Positions 9,693 through 17,835 of a stretch of 64,000 nucleotides of DNA are shown piece after piece (within the stretch, counting starts at the first letter, position 1; every line of letters begins with the position of its first letter). This DNA comes from a virus (Duplodnaviria; Heunggongvirae; Uroviricota; Caudoviricetes), in IMG/VR virus record IMGVR_UViG_3300049595_003752, positions 12,163-76,162 of that record, one strand, 5' to 3'. The translations under genes were made by a program, and so were the position numbers. A model generated the notes under the pieces. It was not told the DNA's origin and did no database searches. It was given only the letters and a program-made list of their open reading frames with translations.

Positions 9693-10307
9693 ATGAGTAT
9701 TAAAAACTTACAATCCAAAATCGGAGTCAATGCTGACGGGGCTTTTGGTCCTGGAACTTTAAAAGCGGCAATGAACTATTACAAGATGACTCCTGAAAGA
9801 GCTGCACATTTCTTTGCTCAAACCGCTCACGAAACTGGTGAATACAAATCATTTAGTGAAAATTTAAATTACTCAGCCGATGGTTTGAAAAAAACTTTTG
9901 GTAAGTATTTTCCCGATAAGTTAAATGAATCTTACGCCAAACAACCTGAAAAGATTGCTAATCGTGTCTACGGTAATCGTATGGGTAATGGTGATGAAAC
10001 TTCAGGGGAAGGGTGGAAATACCGTGGCCGTGGAGCTTTACAATTAACAGGGAAAAACAACTACCAATTATTTTCTAATTACCTTAAAAGACCTGAAATC
10101 ATGGCTAACCCTGATTTGGTTGCTACTGAATTTGCGTTTGAATCAGCTATGTTCTTTTTTGATAATAATAAACTTTGGGCTATAGCTGACAAAGGTGTTA
10201 ACGATGAAACCATATTAGCTATGACCAAAAGAATTAATGGAGGTACTTTAGGTTTAGACCACCGTAAAGCTTTAACATTAAAATATTATAGCTGGTTGAA
10301 ATCTTAA
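9693..10307 (+). CDS. Peptidoglycan hydrolase: PG-binding domain plus glycoside hydrolase family 19 (lysozyme/chitinase-like) domain
   Basis: IGVNADGAFGPGTLKAA is a PG_binding_1-like motif; FFAQTAHETG and YRGRGALQLTGKNNY are GH19 signatures. Confidence 0.75.
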   Translation: MSIKNLQSKIGVNADGAFGPGTLKAAMNYYKMTPERAAHFFAQTAHETGEYKSFSENLNYSADGLKKTFGKYFPDKLNESYAKQPEKIANRVYGNRMGNGDETSGEGWKYRGRGALQLTGKNNYQLFSNYLKRPEIMANPDLVATEFAFESAMFFFDNNKLWAIADKGVNDETILAMTKRINGGTLGLDHRKALTLKYYSWLKS

Positions 10308-10318
10308 TTTTTTAATGT

Positions 10319-10326
10319 TATATTTG
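10319..10326 (+). promoter_or_regulatory. -7 box TATATTTG
   Basis: 5 nt upstream of the ATG at 10331. Confidence 0.35.
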
Positions 10327-10330
10327 TTCT

Positions 10331-10672
10331 ATGAAAAAGTTTAATTTCATAGAACCGATTAAAATAGAAGTTAGATACCCCAACGTCAAATCTGTTTATG
10401 ATGAAGATGATTCTGATGTAGAGGCTGATTTTTTTTCTTTTACAAATGGTGTTCACGTTGATAATAAAACCGTTCAAGGGTGGGTTAATGATTGTGTCCG
10501 AAAGTTATTAGACGATCCTGAAAATCACTATTCTTATCATCATAGTGGTAATACACTTGTTATCGCAACAAGAAACTCAGAAGAAATAAATGTTTTTGTC
10601 TCTAGGTCACATATGCAGGCCACTATACCTTTTTACGAATATACCTACTATGATGAAGAAGAAACCATGTAA
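10331..10672 (+). CDS. Hypothetical protein
   Basis: 113 aa ORF. Confidence 0.5.
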   Translation: MKKFNFIEPIKIEVRYPNVKSVYDEDDSDVEADFFSFTNGVHVDNKTVQGWVNDCVRKLLDDPENHYSYHHSGNTLVIATRNSEEINVFVSRSHMQATIPFYEYTYYDEEETM

Positions 10673-10874
10673 AGAATGTCCTTGGGTTGTTAGGAATAAA
10701 CATAATAATACTATTGTAGAGTTTTCTAAAAGAATGGGTATGGGACACAATTGTCATATGACCAAAGCTGGTAAGAAAAACTTATGGAAAGTAGAAGAAA
10801 GTTGCCAATGTTTAGGTCGTGAGATATTTATTACTGATGCGAAATCTAATAAAGAAAATATTGAAAGAGTCTGA
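10647..10874 (+). CDS. Small Cys/His-rich putative zinc-binding protein (75 aa); overlaps its neighbours
   Basis: MMKKKPCKECPWVV...HNCH...CQC; alternative frame overlapping 10331..10672 and 10837..11244. Confidence 0.3.
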   Translation, partial: TMMKKKPCKECPWVVRNKHNNTIVEFSKRMGMGHNCHMTKAGKKNLWKVEESCQCLGREIFITDAKSNKENIERV

Positions 10875-11244
10875 AGAATTTGATTGGGTTCCTGAATTAA
10901 AAAAAGTTATTGTTGTGTCTAGGGGTAATTATTACCCCACAAATTTAGAGGCAATGGTGGAACTAGATGTTACTGGTGCCGAGGAATTTGCTGACAAATA
11001 CGGTTACTTTTATTGGAATACCCCCGCATACGGAGATTGGGTACGTGAGGCTGGTAGTTATGCTGACTCTGAAAGTTTTTTACGCCTTAAAATACCTAGT
11101 TTGGTTAAACCTGAAAATGGTGACATTTGTTATTTAATTGAAAAACGTACAACCCAGGGAAGTAATCAAATTTATCGGTTAATCAGAATTGAAGACAAAG
11201 GTGAATTTATTATTGGTAATCATGGATTTAAATTAATAAATTAA
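10837..11244 (+). CDS. Hypothetical protein with N-terminal MRNLIKKILKE-SEEFDWV motif
   Basis: Conserved N-terminal decapeptide family; the ORF track start at 10819 is probably too far upstream. Confidence 0.55.
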   Translation: MRNLIKKILKESEEFDWVPELKKVIVVSRGNYYPTNLEAMVELDVTGAEEFADKYGYFYWNTPAYGDWVREAGSYADSESFLRLKIPSLVKPENGDICYLIEKRTTQGSNQIYRLIRIEDKGEFIIGNHGFKLIN

Positions 11245-11245
11245 T

Positions 11246-11253
11246 TATATTTG
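11246..11253 (+). promoter_or_regulatory. -7 box TATATTTG
   Basis: 4 nt upstream of the ATG at 11258. Confidence 0.35.
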
Positions 11254-11257
11254 TTTT

Positions 11258-11590
11258 ATGGGAACAGCTAAATTTAAATTCAACAATGGTAACATGGCAA
11301 TCTTATGTTCTAACTGTGATAAAATAGTTAAAACAGGTAAAGATTTTACCGAACAAGAGTGGAAAGCTTTAGAAGGTAAGGGTGAAATAGAATCTGTTTT
11401 TTGTGAAGATTGTAAAAATAAAGTGGTTGATTTTGACAAAATTATAAGTACACCAAATGATAAGTTAGGCACTTTAAAAGACATTGTACCCATGTTAGCT
11501 CAAAATCCGGACTTTAAAGAAAGTTTAATTCAGATTATGTCTGAAAAGTTTTTAAAAGATATTAACATAAATGAGACTGATGAAAAATAA
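11258..11590 (+). CDS. Zinc-ribbon protein
   Basis: CSNCDK...CEDCKNK. Confidence 0.5.
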   Translation: MGTAKFKFNNGNMAILCSNCDKIVKTGKDFTEQEWKALEGKGEIESVFCEDCKNKVVDFDKIISTPNDKLGTLKDIVPMLAQNPDFKESLIQIMSEKFLKDININETDEK

Positions 11591-11840
11591 TAGTTTAGTT
11601 GAATGGGGTTGTGTAGTTGATAACCATTTAATGGGTATCACACCACTTGGCAAAGTTTTCATCAGAATAAACAGACAAGAAAAAGTAACTGGTATGTATA
11701 CCATGTTTGGTGAGGTTGAGAAATTTGTACCTCAAGACGAAACTCAAGAAAATGTTGACTCAGCAAAAAAAGTAATGTTTGATATCGTAAAAAATAAAAT
11801 TGAAAAGGATATCTTACTCAAAAAAGAATTAACATTATAA
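11571..11840 (+). CDS. Hypothetical protein
   Basis: 89 aa ORF. Confidence 0.45.
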   Translation: MRLMKNNSLVEWGCVVDNHLMGITPLGKVFIRINRQEKVTGMYTMFGEVEKFVPQDETQENVDSAKKVMFDIVKNKIEKDILLKKELTL

Positions 11841-11844
11841 AAAA

Positions 11845-11869
11845 TAAACCCCTCAATAGAGGGGTTTTT
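11845..11869. terminator. Bidirectional intrinsic terminator
   Basis: AAACCCCTC-aata-GAGGGGTTT followed by TTTT; lies between convergent genes. Confidence 0.65.
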
Positions 11870-11871
11870 TA

Positions 11872-12720
11872 TTAATATTTAAAATTTAGATAACTAGATT
11901 CTAGTTTTTCTTTTAACATCAGTTGGTAAGCTCGTGCCAGTCTTGTCATACCGATACCACCACCAAACCTTGGGAAGAATTCAAAAGATAAAAACTCTTC
12001 TAACTCTTTTTCAACTCTTTCTTTACCAAATAACTCAAACAACTTAGCACAGTATTTACCATCTTCTATGGTATAAAAATTATGTTTCATTTCTTCAACA
12101 TCACAACTTCTTTCAGCTGAACCAATAGTTTCTTGACCATAAAGTATAACATCAACCTTATTAAAAATACTATTTTCTTTGTGTTTCATATTCCAAAAAG
12201 GGTTTGTTCTTAAAGGAAAATTTTGTAATGAAACAACAGGACCTTTTTCTTGCCACATTCTTGTTTCATGTTCGTTCTCAAGTATTTCTACGTTACCGTA
12301 TTCTTGACAAACATCATCGTAATTCACCTCAATCGGCTTTTCAAAACCTAAGTGGTATAACAACTCAGATTCTAATTTTAACATTTTATCCATACCACCC
12401 TTAGATTCAAACTCGAACATTGGGAATATCATTTCATGTCTTCCTTCTATTGGGTTTTTTTCTTGTCTATAAGAAGTGGAAATACAATAAACACCTTTCC
12501 ATTCAGGGTTTTTAAGTAGTTCATACTCTAACCACATCTGACCTGTTTGTGGTAAAGGCCAAACTTGACCGTTGTAATTAAAAGTAGCGATTGAATGTGG
12601 GTTTTCACATGCCGCTAAGATTGATAACCTACTTTGTGTAGGTACTTCTTTGAAACCTTTCTCTTGAAAGAAGTTTCGCATTCTTTGTACTAGTTCATTG
12701 TAACTTTTTGTGTCTTTCAT
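11872..12720 (-). CDS. Class II aminoacyl-tRNA-synthetase-like catalytic-domain protein (AsnA/EpmA-like amino-acid ligase)
   Basis: Motif-2-like YRQEKNPIEGRHEMIFPMFEFE and motif-3-like FGGGIGMTRLA (compare AsnA GGGIGQSRL); no anticodon-binding domain; 282 aa. Confidence 0.6.
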   Translation of the reverse strand: MKDTKSYNELVQRMRNFFQEKGFKEVPTQSRLSILAACENPHSIATFNYNGQVWPLPQTGQMWLEYELLKNPEWKGVYCISTSYRQEKNPIEGRHEMIFPMFEFESKGGMDKMLKLESELLYHLGFEKPIEVNYDDVCQEYGNVEILENEHETRMWQEKGPVVSLQNFPLRTNPFWNMKHKENSIFNKVDVILYGQETIGSAERSCDVEEMKHNFYTIEDGKYCAKLFELFGKERVEKELEEFLSFEFFPRFGGGIGMTRLARAYQLMLKEKLESSYLNFKY

Positions 12721-12756
12721 TTTTTCTTTTTTTTTAGAATCGTTAGGGCAAAAAAA

Positions 12757-12779
12757 AATCCCTTCATTTAGAAGGGATT
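12757..12779 (-). promoter_or_regulatory. Hairpin plus U-run in the leader of the aaRS-like gene (attenuator-like)
   Basis: AATCCCTTC-attta-GAAGGGATT; on the minus strand it is followed by T8. Confidence 0.3.
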
Positions 12780-12872
12780 ACTGTCGCCGTTATTATTTTG
12801 TAACTTTATCATCAGAAATAAATATACCAAAAATGACTTGAGTGTAAAGATATTTTATATTATTTTTAAAAG

Positions 12873-13451
12873 ATGAAAATAATATTTTTAGATATAGACG
12901 GTGTCCTTAATTGTGAAACTGGATATAAATCAGGTGAGTGTAACTATGTGAAATGGAAATGGGATGACGGTACTGACGACCATCACCAATCTTTTTATTC
13001 AAAGAGTAAAGGATTATTAAATAAACTAATTGAAGAAACTGGTGCTAAGATAGTAATTTCATCAACATGGAGAAGTTCTGGCATTGATTTTATGAAAAAA
13101 GTTTGGGAAATTGAGGGTATGAAAGGTGATATTATTGGCGTCACCCCTAATTTTAGAGGTGATATTGATGGTTATACAATTCCTCGTGGGTGTGAGATTG
13201 ACTATTACATAAAAAATGATTTAGACTTTGGGCATATTAATTGGAGTAAAGAAAAACAACAAGAATATATGGATAAATCTGGTGTAGAAAATTATATTAT
13301 TATTGATGACGATTCTGATATGTTATATAACCAACGAAATCATTTTGTTCATGTGCTACCTTCTCCAAGAAATAGAGATGGATTTAATGAAAAATATTAC
13401 AAAGAGGCGTTAAAAAAATTAAGTAAAACAATTATAGATTTAAATTATTAA
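12873..13451 (+). CDS. HAD-family phosphatase, polynucleotide 3-phosphatase-like (Pnkp phosphatase-domain homolog)
   Basis: HAD motif I DIDGVL, motif II ISSTW, motif IV IIDDDSD. Confidence 0.65.
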   Translation: MKIIFLDIDGVLNCETGYKSGECNYVKWKWDDGTDDHHQSFYSKSKGLLNKLIEETGAKIVISSTWRSSGIDFMKKVWEIEGMKGDIIGVTPNFRGDIDGYTIPRGCEIDYYIKNDLDFGHINWSKEKQQEYMDKSGVENYIIIDDDSDMLYNQRNHFVHVLPSPRNRDGFNEKYYKEALKKLSKTIIDLNY

Positions 13452-13655
13452 ATGACGTTAAATACTTTATTACAAGAAGGTTATAAGATAATCTTTGAAG
13501 GTCATGACTCATACGAAAGGTGCCAATGGGTTGTGTTAGAAAAAAATAGTGAACAATTCTACTATTATCTATTTACAGAAAGTTTAGAAAAAATAGAAAT
13601 ACCCAAAGAATTAAAATGGGATGAATATGGAAATCTTTTGGACGAGTGTAAATAA
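13452..13655 (+). CDS. Small hypothetical protein
   Basis: 67 aa ORF. Confidence 0.4.
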   Translation: MTLNTLLQEGYKIIFEGHDSYERCQWVVLEKNSEQFYYYLFTESLEKIEIPKELKWDEYGNLLDECK

Positions 13656-13660
13656 TTGAT

Positions 13661-13668
13661 TATCTTTG
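13661..13668 (+). promoter_or_regulatory. -7 box TATCTTTG
   Basis: 4 nt upstream of the GTG start at 13673. Confidence 0.35.
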
Positions 13669-13672
13669 TACT

Positions 13673-14692
13673 GTGTTAAGAATATTAAACAAATATCACA
13701 ATGAAGGTTTGCTTTATAAACAAGTTCACCCTACTTTGCCTTTAACTATATGGAATTATAGTGAAGATGTGCAATACGGCAACAAGTGGGATGAAATGAC
13801 TTTGATGGCACGTGGTTTGGTGACTGATGAATTCGGTACCATTGTCGCAAGACCGTTCAAGAAGTTCTTTAACATGGAAGAAGGTAAACACACCCCAACT
13901 GTCGACTTTGAAGTATTTGAGAAGGTTGACGGCTCTTTGGGTATTGTCTTCAATTACAAAGGTGAGTGGATGATAGCGACCAGAGGTTCTTTTACTTCTG
14001 ACCAAGCAATTAAAGGTAAAGAAATGTTGGATAAATTGAAGATGGGCAAAGTACCTTACAATTTAACTTATCTTTTTGAGATTATTTATCCTGAGAACCG
14101 GATTGTGGTGAGCTACGGTGATGTAGAAAAGTTGGTGTTGTTGGGAGCCATAAATACTGAAACTGGTACTGAAGTTTCTCGTCACACTTTAGAGTATTTT
14201 GCTAGTGAAATAGGTTCTGACATCTCTAAGTCTTATGATGGTATAAAAGATTATTCTACTTTAAAAGGTATGATTAAAGACGATGAAGAAGGTTTTATCA
14301 TCCGTTTCTCTAACGGCGATAGAATGAAAATCAAAGGTGAAGAATATCTACGTCTACACAAAATCATGACTAATGTATCTACCACCGCGGTATGGGAAGT
14401 GTTAAGTAATGGTGGTAATTTTGAGGAATTACTTAAAGATGTTCCTGATGAATTTTACCAAAAGATACAAGAAGTTGTTAGAGATTTGGTTGTCAGACAT
14501 GACAATATCCAAAAAGACTACATGAGTTATTTTTTAGATATCACCAATAAAGTTTTAAGTACTGATAGAAAATCTTTCGCTGAAGAGGCTAAAAGATATA
14601 ACCACCCATCTTTGTTATTTGGTATCTTAGACGGTAAGGATATCTCACCAATTATTTGGAAATTAATTAAACCTGAATTTAAAAAGTTATGA
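13673..14692 (+). CDS. rnlA: RNA ligase, T4 Rnl1 family
   Basis: Nucleotidyltransferase motif I EKVDGSLG (T4 Rnl1 KEDGSL); motifs IV/V EGFIIRFSNGDRMKIKGEEY (T4 Rnl1 [20 protein letters not shown]); GTG start. Confidence 0.75.
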   Translation: MLRILNKYHNEGLLYKQVHPTLPLTIWNYSEDVQYGNKWDEMTLMARGLVTDEFGTIVARPFKKFFNMEEGKHTPTVDFEVFEKVDGSLGIVFNYKGEWMIATRGSFTSDQAIKGKEMLDKLKMGKVPYNLTYLFEIIYPENRIVVSYGDVEKLVLLGAINTETGTEVSRHTLEYFASEIGSDISKSYDGIKDYSTLKGMIKDDEEGFIIRFSNGDRMKIKGEEYLRLHKIMTNVSTTAVWEVLSNGGNFEELLKDVPDEFYQKIQEVVRDLVVRHDNIQKDYMSYFLDITNKVLSTDRKSFAEEAKRYNHPSLLFGILDGKDISPIIWKLIKPEFKKL

Positions 14693-15108
14693 CAGAAAAA
14701 GTATTATATATTGTAAGAGGTTTACCAGGAAGTGGTAAGAGTACATTCGCTAAAAAATTGGTTGGTCATGATTTCTTGGTGTGTGAGGCTGACAAGTATT
14801 TCACAGATGCCGACGGTAATTACAATTTCGACGTTACCAAAATCAAAGACGCTCATAAATGGTGTCAAGATAGAGTTGAAACTTACATGAAAGATAGTAT
14901 GGTTAACGACCAATTCTACCGTGAAATTGCTGTATCAAATACATTCACCCAAGAATGGGAGATGAAACCATACTATGTCTTAGCAGAAAAATATGGGTAT
15001 AAAATTTTCTGTATAATTGTTGAAAACCGTCATGGTGGTACAAACTTACATGATGTACCTGAAGACAAACTTAAAATAATGCGTAATCGTTTTGAATTTA
15101 AGCTCTGA
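14689..15108 (+). CDS. P-loop polynucleotide 5-kinase (Pnkp kinase-domain homolog)
   Basis: LYIVRGLPGSGKSTFAKKL resembles the T4 Pnk N-terminus ILTIGCPGSGKSTWAREF. Confidence 0.65.
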   Translation: MTEKVLYIVRGLPGSGKSTFAKKLVGHDFLVCEADKYFTDADGNYNFDVTKIKDAHKWCQDRVETYMKDSMVNDQFYREIAVSNTFTQEWEMKPYYVLAEKYGYKIFCIIVENRHGGTNLHDVPEDKLKIMRNRFEFKL

Positions 15109-15147
15109 TGTTTATAATTTATTAAACATATTTATAATTAAAACATT

Positions 15148-15711
15148 ATGGCAAACGAATTAAAAAATAGAATATTTAAAGAAATGAAAAACGTTAACGA
15201 AAATATTAAACCTCAAATGGGACCTAAATTATATAGGTTAAGTGAAAAAACAATTAATATATTAACCAACAGGTTAGCTGACGAATATATTGCACATTAT
15301 TTTTATAGAAATGCTGCTAATTGGTGTAATGATATGAACTATAAAAAAGCCGCAGCTTTTTTTACAACTGAGGCTAACACAGAGTTACAACACGCTGAAG
15401 GTCTTCAAAAATATATGACCGACTTTAACATTATTCCTGAAATACCGTCTGTAGGGACTTCGGATGAATTTAGTAGTTTAGTTGATATTATTTATGGGGC
15501 ATACGAAATGGAGTTAGGTCTTATGAAATCTTACAATAGAGATTCACAACTTGTATTTGGTGACGATATCACAACATTTGATTTTTTAACAGAATATAGA
15601 GAAGGTCAAAAACAATCTGTTATTGAATACAATGATTTAATTAACGCTTTAGACTTGATTGACAAAACTGATAAATTCCAAATTTTATATTTTGAACAAA
15701 CTTATTTTTAG
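15148..15711 (+). CDS. Ferritin-like diiron protein
   Basis: LADEYIAHYFY...FFTTEANTELQHAEGL ferritin-like helix pair. Confidence 0.45.
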   Translation: MANELKNRIFKEMKNVNENIKPQMGPKLYRLSEKTINILTNRLADEYIAHYFYRNAANWCNDMNYKKAAAFFTTEANTELQHAEGLQKYMTDFNIIPEIPSVGTSDEFSSLVDIIYGAYEMELGLMKSYNRDSQLVFGDDITTFDFLTEYREGQKQSVIEYNDLINALDLIDKTDKFQILYFEQTYF

Positions 15712-15732
15712 TAAAAAATAGTCTATTCCATC

Positions 15733-15761
15733 AAACCTCTCCCCCATGGAGAGGTTTTTTT
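15733..15761 (+). terminator. Intrinsic terminator
   Basis: AAACCTCTCC-cccat-GGAGAGGTTT followed by TTTT. Confidence 0.7.
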
Positions 15762-15775
15762 ATTATCTTTGTGTT

Positions 15776-15976
15776 ATGAGGTTTAAAATAAAAAATTTAG
15801 GTGTCAGCCTAATATTAACTCACCGTTGGCAAAAAGGTTTAAATTTTTATCAAAAAGAAAAATGGAATGACTTTAGACTAGGTTTTAGGGTTAGGTACTG
15901 GGATAACCCTACACAAATTTCAATAGGTTTATATTTAATTTTTTTTAAAGTTTGGGTTGTTTTTTACAAAATTTAA
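15776..15976 (+). CDS. Small hypothetical protein, paralog of 22539..22823
   Basis: LTHRWQKGLNF..DFRLGF versus LRHRWEKGGFA..NFKLGI; a -7 box TATCTTTG lies at 15764. Confidence 0.35.
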   Translation: MRFKIKNLGVSLILTHRWQKGLNFYQKEKWNDFRLGFRVRYWDNPTQISIGLYLIFFKVWVVFYKI

Positions 15977-16010
15977 AACTAATCTATATACGTATTTTAT
16001 AAAAGACTGA

Positions 16011-16319
16011 ATGAGAAAACTTCTACTGATAATTTTACTTTTAATACCATCCTTAGTTCAATCACAAATCGGTGGTAGGGTTAGAGAAGTTAAAAATCAA
16101 AAAAAATTAAAAATACATATAAGAAAAAGTGGTTGGAAGTATCGGAAATGGGAACCCAATAGATTAAAAGTTATTGAATCAGAAAAAAAACTTTTTTATA
16201 GATATAGGACAAATAATCAGAAAGAAAAAGAAAAAATACAAAAAAAAATAAACAAAAGAAGATATCGATTGTTGATGCGTAATAGAAATTCTTTTACGAA
16301 AAGAAAATATATGAGGTGA
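16011..16319 (+). CDS. Secreted, highly basic small protein
   Basis: Signal peptide MRKLLLIILLLIPSLVQSQ followed by a K/R-rich sequence. Confidence 0.45.
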   Translation: MRKLLLIILLLIPSLVQSQIGGRVREVKNQKKLKIHIRKSGWKYRKWEPNRLKVIESEKKLFYRYRTNNQKEKEKIQKKINKRRYRLLMRNRNSFTKRKYMR

Positions 16320-16355
16320 TTTTACTTTTAGAATAAAATTTTTTATATTTAACAA

Positions 16356-16691
16356 ATGAAGATTAAAGTTAAAAACATACACACCTTTTTTAACAACAAA
16401 GAAATTTCTCACGAAGGTTATTACAATTGGGATAAACTTGAAGGTGAATTGAAGGGTGGTTATGACGAAAAAAAACCTATGGAAGTTTTAAGGTTATTTA
16501 ACGGTAAATACATCTTAGTTGAAGGTAGTCACAGGTTATCCTTAATAAAAAAATTATATGGGGGTGAGTATGAAATTGAAGCTAAAAAAACTTATATGTT
16601 AAAAATACTTTTAACTTACGTTTTATTTTTGACTTTGGCTAGTTTTTGGTACATCTTCATGATAATAAAATCAATTTTTAAAAAAATATGA
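16356..16691 (+). CDS. Hypothetical protein with possible ParB-like nuclease motif and C-terminal TM segment
   Basis: YILVEGSHRLSLIKKL resembles the ParB N-terminal domain GxxR motif. Confidence 0.35.
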   Translation: MKIKVKNIHTFFNNKEISHEGYYNWDKLEGELKGGYDEKKPMEVLRLFNGKYILVEGSHRLSLIKKLYGGEYEIEAKKTYMLKILLTYVLFLTLASFWYIFMIIKSIFKKI

Positions 16692-16846
16692 GTGAAAATT
16701 TAAAAGACTTATTAATATCTTTTGGTTGTGCCGGAGTAACATTACTTTTTGTTAAACTTTTAGGTATAAAATCGGAAGATTTTTTAGTTGCTGCTGTGGG
16801 TATGATGGCATATCTTACTTACAGAAATTATGAAGAATCTTTGTAA
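16688..16846 (+). CDS. Small membrane protein (52 aa)
   Basis: ATG overlaps the upstream stop; the translation is hydrophobic. Confidence 0.3.
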   Translation: MSENLKDLLISFGCAGVTLLFVKLLGIKSEDFLVAAVGMMAYLTYRNYEESL

Positions 16847-16874
16847 ATAAAAGATTTTTTTGTATCTTTACGGT

Positions 16875-17402
16875 ATGAAAGAATTAATAAACATCCTCAA
16901 GACCGAAACCCAATCTTTAAAAGAACAATACATCCAAAAAACTAAAGAGTGGGCTGAAAGACATTTTAACCATGTCACACCAAGACATAAATGGAACACT
17001 GTTCAATGGTGTGAACATTTTGGTTTAACTCCTGAAGTTGCTAACAAAGGTAAAGGTTCAATGGAGTTTTTAACTTTCCCTCGTGGTTTTTACAACACTA
17101 AACAAGCTCGTGAACACGGTAGATTACGTGATGAAGCAATCAAACTTATCAACATGGGTATTGAAAAATACGTTGAGAAAGAAGTAATTAAAGCCGAAAA
17201 ACATTACGAAGCTTCTATTGATAAATTAGCTTACAGAATTGATAAAAAAGGTTTGGACATTTCTAAACTTAAAACTGTGACTTCTCATATCGGTGCTAAC
17301 ATTGATACTACATTAACTGACGGTGAAAAAACTGTTAAAGCTTTTACTATTATTGCTGAAGGTCCAATTCAACGTCCACACTATAGATATTTAATAAAAT
17401 AA
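16875..17402 (+). CDS. Hypothetical protein
   Basis: ORF track starts at 16860; the MKELINILK start follows a TATCTTTA box at 16863. Confidence 0.5.
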   Translation: MKELINILKTETQSLKEQYIQKTKEWAERHFNHVTPRHKWNTVQWCEHFGLTPEVANKGKGSMEFLTFPRGFYNTKQAREHGRLRDEAIKLINMGIEKYVEKEVIKAEKHYEASIDKLAYRIDKKGLDISKLKTVTSHIGANIDTTLTDGEKTVKAFTIIAEGPIQRPHYRYLIK

Positions 17403-17663
17403 ATGGAAAATAAATTTTTTTACTACCATAAAAAAGATCGGACTGGTTTTGACCATTACTACAAATTAAATGAAGACTTTGAAGGTCTTCACGTAAATCT
17501 GACCACACCGTGTATAAATTGGTTTAAGTCATCATCATTACTTGTTGAAAACGATTTGCCATTACTTAAGGTTGTGACGGAAGGTGTTTTTGAAAATGCC
17601 TTGAGTGAAGTTATCTTAAAATTAGGGTTGACTGTAAAAATGAAACCACATAAATTGATATAA
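17403..17663 (+). CDS. Hypothetical protein
   Basis: 86 aa ORF. Confidence 0.4.
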   Translation: MENKFFYYHKKDRTGFDHYYKLNEDFEGLHVNLTTPCINWFKSSSLLVENDLPLLKVVTEGVFENALSEVILKLGLTVKMKPHKLI

Positions 17664-17664
17664 T

Positions 17665-17829
17665 ATGAAAATGGTGAAAGCACCAAAAGAACATGTCGAC
17701 AGACTAAGAACTTGGTTACAATTTACTGACGAGCTATCACAAATAGAACCTGAAAACTCTCGTGAATGGGAAAAAGATATAAACGAAAACCCTGAAAGTG
17801 TGAAATTGGAATTATCTAGATATTTATAA
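17665..17829 (+). CDS. Small hypothetical protein (54 aa)
   Basis: ATG..TAA filling an intergenic gap. Confidence 0.3.
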   Translation: MKMVKAPKEHVDRLRTWLQFTDELSQIEPENSREWEKDINENPESVKLELSRYL

Positions 17830-17835
17830 AGTAAT

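Noticed and set aside
11872-12720. Genuine aminoacyl-tRNA synthetase
   Set aside because: It is only 282 aa and has no anticodon-binding or N-terminal OB domain. AsnA/EpmA-like standalone catalytic cores are this size.
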